In this document: positions 30,150 to 45,728 of the stretch, piece after piece
Layout of the letters: the number at the start of each line of letters is the position of its first letter
Position numbering within the stretch: position 1 is the stretch's first letter
Assembly: GCF_009914755.1 (NCBI RefSeq)
Contig: NC_060935.1
Direction: 5' to 3' (one strand)
From: the human T2T-CHM13v2.0 reference genome, Homo sapiens
DNA length: 64,000 bases
Translations under genes and position numbers: made by a program
The notes under the pieces: generated by a model
The model's database searches: none
What the model saw: the letters and a program-made list of their open reading frames with translations, nothing else
What the model was told of the DNA's origin: nothing

Positions 30150-30652
30150 TACTCATCTTATTGAGATGTAGAATCTGATTTCTATTCTTTTGACTCTGGG
30201 CTAAGCTTAGCCTTTTGCTAGAGCAAAAGAATATAGTAGTGTCTTACTTAGTGTCTTTGCTTAGCATCTTGCTTGAGCAAAAATATACAGTAGAAATAAT
30301 GTCCTAAAATGGAGATGCGAGCTGATAAGAAGTCTTGGAGTTTCTGCCTGGGCATCGAGGATGCACTCTGGGGAAGCCAATTTCCTTGAAAGAAGTCTAA
30401 CCACCCTGAGGCCATGATGCTAGAAAAAGCACATGGAGGGACCACATGGCAAGCTCTTGAGACTGCATGAGGAAAGATTGGCCTGGCAGCTCCCAAACAC
30501 TCCCACTCTCGACCATTCTCTCAAACTGATACTCCAGGCATCAAGTAGAGCAGGATGAGTCATCCCTGCCCAGCCTGGCCTCAACTGCAGATTCATGAGC
30601 AAGAGAAAGTAGTAAGATTGAGGGAAGTTTATTTGGTAGCAATAGATAATGG
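30150..30652 (+). mobile_element. Old MLT1-type LTR
   Basis: ccctgaggccatgatgctagaaaaagc...actgcagattcatgagcaag...agcaatagataat; boundaries approximate. Confidence 0.55.
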
Positions 30653-31759
30653 AAGAAGAATGCATAAACTGAGTCCAGGAAAGGCTTATTGGTAGAGTAG
30701 AGTCATATGTCAAACAGCACATGTATGTCATCATGAAAAAATGGTTTATATTCCATGAAGCTGGGTAAAGCTGGCTTCAGCAATTCAGCTGTCTGCCTGT
30801 ATGTTGCTGATCTAACTAGAGCTGAACCTCAATATTTCTCCCATTGCTGTAAAGATGCTTTTGTGTTTGCTAAAGCTAAAAACATATTCTGGAAGAGGGA
30901 TGCTGAGTATAACTGGGAGGCAGAGCTGATTCACAAAGCTAAGGCTAAAAAAGGAAATGATTCATATGTGAAGGATGCAAAATTCCATTCAACAAAACTT
31001 TATTGAGCATCTATGATGTACAGCCTAGGTACCAGAGATGCACAGGTGAAATTCCCATGGGTGCATGGGTGGAGGGGTGGGACCAATAATTCCCTCCCAT
31101 TCTGTTAAGAGCTATCCCAGAGGTTAAGTCTAGAGTTCAGTGGAGTGCAAGAGAGCATATATTCAACTCTACCTCAAGAGCTCAGGAACAAATTCATGGG
31201 GGAGGTGGTGCTAATGTTAAGTATTGAAGAATGAATAGGAGTTTACCAGGAAGCCATAGGAGAGGCAGCTACAGCACAGTAATTAAATACATGCAATCTG
31301 GGAGTACCCAATTTCTGGCTCTATCACCATTGACTTTATAGACTAGGATAAGTTACTTAACCTCTTTGAGCCTCAGTTTCATTTTTTATAATAATATTAA
31401 CAATTGTAACTTATAAGAGTTGTTCTGAGGGTCAAACACATTAAAATATGTAAAGCAATAAAAATAGAGTCCAGTACATTGCAAACATGCAGTCAATGTT
31501 GGCTCTTACAGAGAAAATAACATGTGCAAAGGTATAAGGGCAAGAAACAGCATGGTGAATGACTAGCAGTTCACAGTGACTAGCACAAGGAGTTGATGGG
31601 GACACAGGGATGGAGTAAGCTGGCAAGGAGTTAGAGTGGTCAACAGGGACCAGATTATGAAAAACCTTATATGCAATGTGTGGATTCTACCTTCCAGGGC
31701 AGTTATACTTCACCACGATGAATTCCTAGGAGGAAATAGCAGAGTCACTGCTTGGGCAG

Positions 31760-32476
<717 letters not shown>

Positions 32477-34957
32477 GGCAGTATATTTTTTTCAAAGCAC
32501 TTTTGATATCGTAAATTCCCATTGTTTTGATAATGCACACTAGCTAACATAAAGACAAGCAAATTCTTCTTGATGCTTGTTCTCTGTCTTCAGGGAACTG
32601 ACGATCTGCCATTTCAGAAAAAGGAGAGAGGAGACCGCCCTATGGAGCATATTCAAACTGTGGCAGGCTTGAGATTTTAAAAAGCAGGTCATATGAGGAG
32701 CTGGGTATTACGATAAAAGACTAAGAACCCTGTAATGGGAAATAGGAAGTCACTGAAGGGTTGCAATCAGATGAGAATAAGGATTAGCCTTGCATTTCAG
32801 AAGCATCACTTTTGTGGCAGTTTGAAGGGAGCATAGGAATGGCAGAAGACGCTGGTCAGTGCTGGAAGAAAATAGATGAATAGACGAATGCTGCAATGAC
32901 CCAGGCAAGGGATTATTTGGGCCTTATTTAAGGAAGTGGTAATGGAGATGGAAAGGAGGGGGCACAGCCTTTATGGCAGAATAGGTGGATAAAGTAGGTA
33001 ATAAAAGCTTCCAAGTAGCTGAATACTCTTGGATTCTTCAGTCCCTGGCAGGGCCCTTTGTTCCTCACTGCAAGTGTCTCCCTGTCTTGTCTCTCAGACC
33101 AGACTGAACAGATTCATTCTTTGAACTCAGATTTCTTGAGTAAGTACCTACAATGTGGCAGGCCCTGTGTGAGGCAAGAAAAGTGAAGATTGTGATTATT
33201 CTCTCCTAGAATCATCTTATTGTATATAGTCAAAAGACTACACATAATCTTGACCCATTAACTTGTGGGATTTTTCAGCTGAGAGCCAAAACCACAAGAA
33301 GGTCATTTCTTAAAACCCATAATCAGGCGGATTTCCCCTAGCTGGTTTTGCAACCAGGTGCACACCTCATTTCCGAATCCTGCCTAACTTGAGAACACTG
33401 CCTTTTCTGTAAAGCAGAGATGTGATTGGGGAGGAGGATGGCCAAAACCATTCTCTCTTCATACGCAGATCCCCGGGGATTAGACCCATCATCATATTAT
33501 GACTTGGAGGCTTCTGACAGGAAAAGCCAAGACATAAATCCCCTCCATTGTAAAACCATGAGAGAAGTAAGCCAGCCTACGTTTGGAGCCTCATTCACAA
33601 AATCTCTCTGATCTCCAGGAGCTTCACTCAGCATCTTGATGCCTGTGGTTCCCCACCTATAAAACCATGGGTACAGCCTCCTGGCTGTGGCTTCTATTCC
33701 CAGGGGAGGAGAAAGATGCCGCCACCATCTCTAGCACTGAGCTCATTAGGAGAGGGTGCTTCTTGGATATATGTCTTCTGGTGAAATACTTGTTTCAAAA
33801 TTTTTACTTTTACAAAGATGAAGATGATGATATAATTAAACATCATGTCTTTTGTCTACACAGGCCAAGGGTAACAAGGAGGTTGGGCAGAAAGTGCAAA
33901 AGGAAAACACAGTAATGACATTGAGTGTCTCTTCATGAAAAGAAGAGGCTTGGGGTCTGAGTTCCTGGCAGGGCCTGGGAATCTGAGCTAGGCAAGGATT
34001 TGGGATGGGAAAAGTGAATCCAGGGGAAACATCATTTGCTTTTTGCCTCTTCCACTTCATGGAACTGAATGGCTATCTAAGGAGAGACGTCTTATGGACA
34101 AACCAAAATCAATATACTACCAGACTGTCCTTACCATGGGTCATTTGGGTAGGAATATAATGAGTGGGAGATTCTACATGCTGACCACGGGAGGCAGAGT
34201 AGGAGAATGGTTAGGAATACCAGAATTTGAAGAGAGAATGGGAAGCTCAGATACACTTTCTGACCTAAAGAACATGGTGACAAAGGCTTTGATCATGTCT
34301 AGTAAAGCAGATATAGAAGTACTGACTTGATTTGCAAAGATGCCAGGATTTAATTCTAGATGCCCCACCTGGCTGGGTAATCAAGGAACTGGAGATCAGG
34401 ATTTATCTTCCCATTTCACAGATCACAAAACTGAGGCTCAGGAAGCTTAAATAAATCACCCAAGTTCATACATCTAGTGAATAACAGAGCCAGGATTAAA
34501 TTCAGGACATGTGACTCTAAATATAACATCCTTTCCATTACACCAAATGTTTTACAAATGTCTGAAGAGAAAGGAGAATGGTGAGCTCCCAGATTAAAAG
34601 ACAAATATGAACCAACTGAACAAACCAGAGTGACAGTAAATGTAAAGGGGCTAGAGCCAGGCAGGCAGTAAAGATGTAGAGGAGGATTACAGAAATGCAT
34701 ACAGATGTAGGAGTTTGGGTAAGGGGTCTGGATTCAGACGCAGGATCCACCTCAGAGAGAAGTCCCAGGACCAACAGGTGAGCGAGCACTTGCCTGTCAG
34801 CCAGGGAATTCAGGTTGTTCTCTGAAAGGCACTTACCACCTTGGCTTCTTCAGGGAAATATGCAGGAATGGCTATGTAATTTGAGGATCCCAGTGCAAAA
34901 TGAAAGGGCCTCTTGTCCAAGAAGCAGGAAAAAAAGCATTGTTAAATATATTAAACT

Positions 34958-35326
<369 letters not shown>

Positions 35327-36422
35327 TCAATCTGTCATGGTACTTTTTGTTTGCTATTTAATGTTGTGCTCCTCTAAGCATGGAAATTCCCACCAAGTGG
35401 GTGCAGATACTCACAGGCATCTCACTGTACACCCTGTTTTTTTCTCTGTCAGGAAGCCTAGCAGGTCATTTATTCAAGTATGCTTCCTAGCAAGCTGCAC
35501 TGGGACTCTAGGATTTGTGGTGGGAATGAGGGTGAAGGTGTCTTCTGTATTCTTGCTGTGTCTCAGAATGGACTGATTTTTCTCTACTTTCCAACAGCTA
35601 TTGGGAAGCATCGAACATCCCCACATACACATGCATGTTTGCTAATGCTCTTTCAAAGTTACTAGAGGATTAATATCACTGGCTGAGAAATCTTAATTGG
35701 TCTTAAATAGCATACTTCAGGGTTCAGAGAGGATTTTGTTAATGATTTCATTCTAAAGGTAGAGTTCACCATTGCTTAACCTTGCTGTAAAGGTAATTGC
35801 TCAGCCCAAACTATTCTTCTAAGAGGGTGAATTTATCTGTACCCATTTCTGAAGAGACTATCAATAAAAGAGAGATTTCCTTTATACTGCTATGCCCCAT
35901 TTTTTTTCCTCAGATGCATTCCCTCTTCCCTCCATGGGAATGTTGTCACAGGAAATCAACTCATTGGGTTTCTCATTTGACATCTGAGATGATTTTTATC
36001 TTTATATTATTTCTCTTGAAGAAGAAACACCTTTTTGAAAGGTTCTATTTATGCCATGAAATATAAGTGTAACCTTTTTAGTTCCTTTTCGGAAAAAAAC
36101 CGTTCAAGCAGGTGTAACTTCAGCAGTGTCAGCCTTAAACATTTGAGAAAGCTGCAGTTCAGAAAGGTGTGTTCTCCAAATCTTCTTACAACAGGGTAAT
36201 CATAGAAAGACTACTCTTAAACTCTCAAAATCTAAATAATACAGTACCCAAATTCTTGACACAAATAAACAAGTAAAGATTTTTTTATCACTTGATAGTT
36301 TTTTTGAAAGTTTGCCATTCAAGCAACTATCTTCTCACCCATCTCTCCCCCAAACCCAGCCTCCCCATTCTATCTGCTCAATTTTTTAAATTTAAGCTAT
36401 GATCCACAGCATGGAGGCAAGG

Positions 36423-36724
36423 TTTTTTTTGCTTGTTTATTTGAGACAGGGTCTCCTTCTGTCTCCCAGGCTGGAATGGAGTGGCATAATCATGGTCTCT
36501 CCAGCCTCAACCTCCTGGGATCAAGTGAGCCTCCTGCCTCAGCCTCCCAAGTTACTAGGACGATAGGTGCATGCCACCATACCTAGCTAATTTTTTAAAT
36601 TTTTTGTAGAGAAGGAGTCTCCCTATGTTTCCCAGGCTGGTCCCAACTTCCTGAGCTCAAGTGATCCTCCCGCCTTGGCTTCCCAAATTGCTGGGATTAC
36701 AGGTGTGAGCCACCATGACTGGTC
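36423..36724 (-). mobile_element. AluJ-type element
   Basis: gagacagggtctcc...ctcaagtgatcctcccgccttggcttcccaaattgctgggattacagg. Confidence 0.9.
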
Positions 36725-37039
36725 TGAAACAGTTTTTTGGCCAATAATTCTTTGAGACTCCTGTGACATCCCAGTCAGGCCTCACCAATATTATAGCCTC
36801 TATAAATTCATTACATACAAATAAATTTGGGGTTGTATAAGTGTTATGAACTGAATTGTGTCCCCTCAAAATCGATGTTGAAGTCCTTACCCTAGTACCT
36901 CAAAATGTGACTATATTTGGAGATAGGGGCTTTATAGGTATAATTAGGATAAAATGAGGTCATTAGGGTGGGCCCTAATTCAATATGTCTATTGTCCTTA
37001 TAATAAGAGGCGATTAGGACACAGATACACAGGGAAGAA

Positions 37040-39370
37040 TATAAAACAATTCTTGCAACCCAAAAAGTTCTTTCATGTCCCTTTGCAGTCAGTCTCTACT
37101 CCCTATTTACAAGCAAAAACTGATTTGCTTTCTGTTACAAGAGATTAATTTTGCTAGTTCTAAAGTTGCATGTGAGTAGCATCATACAATATGCACTCCT
37201 TTGTGCCAAATTTCTGTTGTTCAACATAATTTTTTTATTTTCTATCTTCTGTAGAGATGGGGTTTCACCATGTTGCCCAGGCTGGTCTTGAACCCTGGGC
37301 TCAAGTGATCCACCTGCCTTGGCTTCCCAAAGTGCTGGGATTACAGGTGTGAGACGCTGTGCCTGGCCAGCGTAATGTTTTTGAGAGTAATCCATGTTAT
37401 GCATATACGGTTTGTTCCTTTTTATCACTAAATTGCATTCCATTATTTAAATAACCACAATTTGTTTATTCATTTGCCTGTTGATGGACATTTAGTTTAT
37501 TTCCAGTTTTTGTCTGTAAGTAAAGCTGTTATGATCATTAGTGTAAAAGTCTTTGTATGGATATCTGTTTTTATTTCTCTTGGATAAATACCTAGGAGTA
37601 GAATTGCTGGGTTGTATGGTAAGCGTATTCTTAATTTGTTAAAAAAAAAGAAAGAAAAAAACCTAGCAAACTTTTTTTCAAGCATTTTACTTATGCACGA
37701 ATTTTTATGTTCTTAAATCATGGACTTACCATTTTACTTTTCCACCAATAATGAATGAGAGTTCAAGTCATTCTATATCCTTGCTAACCCTAATATTATG
37801 GGTTTTTAGATATTTTAGCCATTCAGATGGGTATATAGTAGTCTCTCACTGTGGTTTGAATTTCACTGTTCCCTGATGGACTAATGATGTTAAGCATCTT
37901 CTCATGTGCTTACTGAATATTTGTGTGTATTCCTTGGAGAAATGTCTGGTCAAATATTTTGCCCATTTTTAATTGGGTTATTTATCATTGAGTTATCAAT
38001 ATTCTTTATATATTCTGAATATAAGTCTCTTGTCTGATACATGTATTAACTTTTTTTTCTCGTCCATGGCTTCTCTTTTCCTCTTGCTGATTTTGGATTT
38101 TTGGATGAGCAGAAGATTTTACTTTTAATGATGTCCATATTTATTAATTTTTCCATTCTAAGAAATTTCAAAGTTGAAAACATTTCCTCCTATGTTTTAT
38201 TCAAAAAGTTTCACAGTTTTAGTTTTTACATTTAAGTCTATGATTAATTTGAAGTTATTTTCTGTGTATGGTGTGAGGTAAGAGTCCTCACACCATTGGG
38301 TTTGCTTTGCATGTGCATGTGGCTATTCAATTGTTTCACCATCATTAGTCATAAAAGCTTTTCCCACTGAAAAGTCCCTTGGCACTTTGTCAACAATTTA
38401 TTGACCATATTTGTGTTGTTCTATTTCTGAATTTCTGTTGTTCCATTTTTCTATATGTCTATTCTTATGTCAATACCACACTGTCCTGATTACTGTTGCT
38501 TTACAGTAATTAAGTAAGACTTCAGGTCCAATTTTGTTCTTCTATTTCAAAATTGCTTTTGCTATCCTAGGTCCTTTACATTTTCATATACATTTTAAAA
38601 TCAGCATATCCATTTCCCAAAACCTTGCTAGTATTTTGGTTAAATTTGTGTTAAATCTATGATTCAATTTGGAGAGAATGAGCATTTTAATAATAATGAA
38701 TTATTCCAACACATAAACACATGTTTTTTCTCCAATTATTTTGGTCTTTAATTTCTCAGCAATGTATTTCTGTTTTCATTGTACATGTCTTCTACATATT
38801 TTGTTAAATTTATCTAGAAGCATTTAATATTTGTTGATACTACTGTACATACCATCTAAAATTTTTATTGCCTAATATTTTTTGTTAGTATATAGAATTA
38901 TAGTTGAATTTTATATATTGATATTATTTCCTAAGACCTCATTAAAACCCTCATTAGTCCTAGCAGCTCTGTTGTAGATTTTTAGGATTTTCTATGCACA
39001 CAATCATGTTGTCTGTGAATAAAGGCAGTTTTGTTTTACTACTTTTTCCCCCAAGCTGTAAACTCTTTATTTCTTTTTCTTTTCTTATTGCACATGCTAA
39101 GACTTCCAGTACACTGTTGAATAGAAATGGTGAGAACATCCTTGCTTTATTCCTGCTCTGAATGTGAAATAATTTACTGTTTCAATATTAATTTTGATGT
39201 TAGCCTAATATTTTTATATATTCAAATAGGTGTTGGATTTTGTTGAATGCTTTTTTGTCTATTGAGATAATCAAATGGCTTCTTCTCTTTAGTTCACTAA
39301 TGTGATGAATAAATTTGATTGATTTTCAAATGTAAAACCAAATTTGAATTTTTAAGATAAACCCAGCTTC
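37040..39370 (-). mobile_element. Old L1M fragment with an Alu monomer (~37229-37367); preceded by an MLT1 fragment (~36843-37035)
   Basis: Antisense L1 ORF2 C-terminal remnant (LPYNPAILLLGIYPREIKT); T-rich; boundaries approximate. Confidence 0.75.
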
Positions 39371-40972
39371 TGTTGGTAGTTCCAGACTAGCCTTGTGCTG
39401 CCCCGACAGAGGTACCAGCAACAGCTAAGTGGAGCCTCTTCCTCAGAAGTCTGAGCACCAGCTCTACAGGGCCTTTCCTCTGAGACCCTGTTGTCTACAG
39501 CTCAGAAGGTCTGAGGATCAACTACTCATTGTCAATTTTCTGAGCAACTAGTTTCTGCTAATTTCACCTCCTTGTTTTCTCTTCCTAGCCCTAGGGCCCA
39601 TCACGCTTTCATAAAATCATGGCTTCTCATAGACGGAGATACTTTAGAGATTATTTAGGGTAACCTTCCTGCCAATGCATGAATCCTTGCTACGATATCT
39701 CTGTTAAATTGTCATCCATCCTTAGCTTGAGACCCCTTGAAACAAGAAACCCAGTACATCCTGCTTTCTCAAACAAAAGAAGTTAAGAAAATAAAGCAGA
39801 TTAAGTGGAGGTGCTGTTACAGTTGGAGATGTAGTTTTCCTGAGCAGTGCTGAAGGTCATTATTTATAGGTCAATCTCTTTCAATGGTTTTCCTCTTTTT
39901 TTTTTAACCTTATAAACTCCTATGGATATATTCTCAGGATTCCATGGGTTCTATAGGGAAATTAGAAAAAAATGTTTATTTCCATAGCGTTCTTAAGTAA
40001 AAGCAATATGACATATTCTAGATGATTTCCGTGGTCACGGAGTACTTACAACAGAATACTACCACGTATTTTCAACCATGTATTTTAAATGTCCATGTTC
40101 ACTTTATGTCTATGTTATAGTGTATTCAAAAGAATAGTGTATGTTAAGAATAAGAATACTGGATTCATGTCATCTGGTTTGGAATCCCAAGTCAGCAATT
40201 TACTGTATGTGTGACTTTGGGCAAATTACTTTGTCTTTCTATGCCTCCATTTCCTCATCTGTAAAATGAAGAAATTAAAATATCTTATTTATAGGAATGT
40301 TAGGAGGATTAAATAAATTAATATATTGAAACAATGCTTAGTTCATAATAAGTAAATATATAAATGTTTGGTAGTGTCATTAAATAGTACTAATTTAATT
40401 ATAGCCAGCTATTAACAAAGGCTTGCAGACTTAATATGTACATTAATCATTATGTACCATGTGAAGGGTAAACACCACCACAGCACATCATACAAAGGAT
40501 TAGTAGTACTTGTAATAGCAAAAAGTGGTGAGAGAATGAAGTAATTATATGGCACATAAAATTAGCATACACCACATAAGCATACACCACAACATAAAGA
40601 GTGGCCGTTTAGTTTCAGCAAAATAACTTAATTTGTCATATTAATGTTAGTGTTGACTTACATTTTACTACGTTTATAGTTTGCTTATATTTAAACAAAT
40701 TGTGCTTCTATTTATACATCATTGAGAAGTAGAAGCATGTGGAGTTTATGTTTAGTTTCATATTGTACATATTTAAATAACGTGCTACCAAAAGTAATTT
40801 GTCAACATTGGAAGTTCATGAGATCATTTTTCCCTTTAAAGTCGGTCCATACATTTTTCAAATTTGAGCTATATGATATAGTGAGGCCACTTCTTTTCCT
40901 AATGAAGCACTATCTCTAGTGGTAATTCTAAATGGGCAAAGCACAAAAGAGGCCATTTATACCAAAGACCAG

Positions 40973-41381
40973 TGTATTAGTCTGCTTTCGCACTGCTATA
41001 AAGAAATACCTGAGACTGGGTAATTTATAAAGAAAAAAGGTTTAATTGACTCACAGTTCCACAGGCTGTACAGGAAATGTGATGGTGGCATCTGCTTGGC
41101 ATCTGGGGATGTCTCAGGAAACTTACAATCATGGTGGAAGGCAAAGGGAAGCCAGCACTTCACATGGCTGGAGGAGGAGGAAGAGAGAGAGGGAGGAGTT
41201 GCCACACACTTTTAAACAACCAGATTTCACTCATTATTGCAATGACAGCACCAAGGGGAAATGGTGTTAAACCACAAGAAACCACCCCATTGATCCAATC
41301 ACCCCGCATCAGGGCCCATCTCCAGCTTGGGAATTACATTTCAACATGAGATGTGGGTCCAAACACAGATCCAAACCATCA
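40973..41381 (-). mobile_element. MST-family solo LTR
   Basis: tgtattagtctgctttcgcactgctataaag start; acacagatccaaaccatca end. Confidence 0.88.
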
Positions 41382-41476
41382 GGGAGGCTCAGCCACCATA
41401 TTTAAAATCCAAAGTATGAAATTGGGAGAAGGTACATTTTGAAGAGTCTAAGTACCTATGATAAAAGAAAAGTGAG

Positions 41477-41864
<388 letters not shown>

Positions 41865-42158
41865 TCAGATGAGGAAAATGTGGTTCAAGGAAGTTAATAA
41901 CTTGCTTAAGGTTGTACAGCTAGAAAGTAGCAGAGGCGGGGCCCCCACCGGGTTGCCTGGCTCCAGAGCTGATCATTTTGTACTACAGCTTCATTTCTGA
42001 AAGCCACAGGTGATTTCTGAGATGAAGATCTATGATTGGAACTCCTGCCCAGACATTCCAGAATGGAAGTCTTTTTGGACTAAGAAGACCAGAAAGGCCC
42101 TTCTGAGCATTCCTCGGCTTCCAATGCAAAGAGGGAAGAAGCCTGCCAGCTGGATTAC

Positions 42159-42653
42159 TATTATGGTTAATTTGATGTCAACTAGACTGGGCCATTGGTT
42201 CCCCAGATAGCTAGTTAAACATTATCGTGGGTGCATCTGTGAAGGTGTTTCCAGAAGAGATTAATATTTGAAGAGGTGCACTGAGTAGGTCAGATTGCCC
42301 TCCCCAGTGTGAATGGCCATCAGGCATCCAATCCACTGAGGGACTGAATAGGATAAAAAGATGGAGGAAGGCTGAATTAACTTTGACTGCTTGAGCTAGG
42401 ACATCGATCTTCTCCCACCCTCTATACTCCTGGTTCTTAGGCCTTCAGATTCAGTCTGGAATCTATACCATTGATTCTGTGGCTCTCAGGCATATGAACT
42501 ACATCACTGGCTGCCCTGGGTTTCCAGCTTGCACACAACAGATCATGAAACTTCTGTCTCCTTTATTATATGAGCCAATACCTTATAATAGATAAATACA
42601 CAAATCTCTCTCTTTAGAGATATATATATATATATCTCTTTATATATTACATG

Positions 42654-42742
<89 letters not shown>

Positions 42743-42776
42743 GGTACTGTGTCTCTGGAGAACCCTGACTAATACA
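42159..42776 (+). mobile_element. MLT2 (ERVL) solo LTR containing a (TG)13...(TA)21 microsatellite
   Basis: atggttaatttgatgtcaactagactggg start; ctggagaaccctgactaataca end. Confidence 0.88.
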
Positions 42777-44707
42777 GTTACCTTCTGGCAAAAGCAGCTA
42801 GAGAGGGCTGGCTTTCAGTATCCTAACAGCTCCAGATGTAGTTTTAAGCTGGAAGAGCAATTCTACCAGAAGCTTCTTTCTTTTCTTAACCCAATTATGT
42901 TAAGGAAGAACCACTGGCCATTTATTTTCATAAGTGGGTTCATGACCTCAAATAATTATAGATCCAAATATGCCTGGGAAACATAGGCTTTCCCTTCTTC
43001 GGTTTACATATAATTTTCTGCTAAAGAAGTAGAGGTGACCACGTCTTAGTGCTGAGAGAATCATTTTCTCCCAGAATACAGAAGATGTTACAAAGAAAGC
43101 ACAGTGCCTCCTTCTCCCTCCACCCAATGTTTCACATTTTTTCTTGTTCTTCTCTACTAGAAAGCTACACACTAAACTTTTCATCCTCAAATGTTCACAT
43201 GGTAAGTTAGAGTCAAGACACTCCCAGGCCCTCACTTTTCAAAAAGCCCAGTTCCCAAATACAGAGTCCACTTTTGCAAAAATGCTGTCTAGTCTCTTCT
43301 CCTTTGCTGCTGCGGCATTCCCTAGGGGCTGTCAGACACTTGAGAGCCTGGTTCCTCCAAGTCTAGGCTCTTCCAGCCTTCCCCTTCTATGCAGGGTAAG
43401 GGGCACTAACGTCTCTACCAGTGGCTTCACCCCATTGTTAAGGTTGGATGTGGTTTTTGTGGAGCACAGTTAATATAAACATCTCAAAAATATTGATAGT
43501 TTAGGCAAGTTTCCTTCAGTTTTGCAACTCATTTTAGCTTTCATCATGTAAATTTTTAGAATTGTCAAATTTAGAAAAAATTTTATCAAGTTGTTAAATT
43601 TGGAAGGTTTTTCCACAGACCAGCTCCTGGCTCTATACATTCCAAACCTTGTTTCTCCACCACTCCCCACATACTGCTGATGCTGAGTGCCACAGGAAAC
43701 ATTTATGTCACGATATGGCCTCAGGCCTTATGCCTTCATTTTACCACACCAGATGAGTCAGCACAGAAGGCAATAGGGTTATTCCTGGAAGCTATCTCTA
43801 GACCAGGATAGCTAACTGTAACTCAACCATATAGGGAAGTGACTGTAAACCACATGAAGATCCACCATCAATCTCAAGTTTATTGTGCCCCCAGTTCAAC
43901 TTGCCCTTAAGGTCCCTAGAATGCCTGTGGCTTTACCAGTTACCAATAATACCAGACATGCAGCGGAGTACGGGAACAGGAACTTTGGAGGGGGACAGAG
44001 TGGTCTTGACTGAGTGCAGTTGAGTGTAAAGTATTGCAGATTAACAAGACATATGACCACATAAACACATTCCTAGAGCTCTCCCCAGAGACTTGGAAGG
44101 GACTAATGCAAACGAGCCCTGAAGCTTAAGCTCCATTAGTTTCACCCATCTGTCTCTGCCTTGCATTTAGTGTGTATGAACTTCTTACTCTACATGGTCC
44201 ATTTTTTTGTCAGTGTTCTTTGTGCCTTTAAAGTTGCCAAAATATGTTTTTTATTTTATTTTTTAATTCCTAGGTTTGTGAAATAGATCATTAGTGATTT
44301 AATTTTCATTTAAGTAATTAATTCCTGCTATTTAACTTAATACTTATTACAGAGAATTGCCTGTGGGAGAAGTAGCCATTGGAAGGGTCTTGTGCTTCTG
44401 ACTTTCAATCTGGGACTTAAATTTGAAACTAAGGTTTGTTACCTCTGACCATGACATCTTAATATCCATGGTACATCTTTTATGGTCGGTCAATAATTTA
44501 GGCTCATGCACCTCTGTTTTAGCTCCTCAGGAGGATAACTGTCCATCTCTTTGAAGTACTCCTTATGATCCTCTGAAGTAAATTCCATGTAAAACAAGCA
44601 TAATGCTTCTATTTGAGATCTAGTGATCACAAATGGATTCTCCAAATTTGGTGAAAATTTGGTCACCTGTTTTCATGTGATGTAATTACAAATAGACCAA
44701 AAATGCA

Positions 44708-44989
<282 letters not shown>

Positions 44990-45202
44990 CCAAAAATGCA
45001 CTTTTATTTGTACAATTTTATGCCTTGTATCTTTCCCTAAAGGATTTGAGGTAGTTTATGATTATACATATTTTTTATGTTTTTCTTTTACAAATAAAAA
45101 AGTAAAACAGACAATGGAAACTACAACTCAGAGAAAAACAAAAGTTGATGTAGAATGGTTGAAAGAGAAAATTCATACATAAAAATGCAAGCATGATTTT
45201 TA

Positions 45203-45728
45203 CCAGACCCCCAAGAGAGGGTTCTTAGATTTCACGCAAGGAAGAATTCAGTGTGAATCTATAAAGTGGAGGCAAGTTTATTAGGAAAGTCAAAAAATAA
45301 AAAAATGGCTACTCCATAGGCAGAGCAGCCCTGAGGGCTGCTGGTTGCCCATTTCTATGGTTATTTCTTGATTGCATGCTAAACAAGGGGTGGATTATTC
45401 ATGCCTCCCTTTTTTAGACCATACAGGGTAGCTTCCTGATGTTGCCATGGCATTTGTAAACTGTCATGGCGCTGGTGGGAGTGTAGCAGTGAGGACAACC
45501 AGAGGTCACTCTCAATGCCATTTTGCTTTTGGTGGGTTTTAGCAAGCTTCTTTATTGAAACCTGTTTTATCAGCAAGGTTTTTATAACCTGTATTTTGTG
45601 CCAAACTCCTATCTCATCCTGTGACTTAGAATGCCTAACTATCTGGGAATGCAGCCCAGTAGATCTTAGCCTTACTTTATTCAGCTCCTATTCAAGATGG
45701 AGTTGCTCTGGTTTAAATGCCTCTGATT
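45203..45728 (-). repeat. 3' LTR (MER41A-like), terminal ~20 bp missing
   Basis: Aligns by eye with 49289-49802; adjacent polypurine tract aaaagggagggggg (plus strand 45733-45746). Confidence 0.88.
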
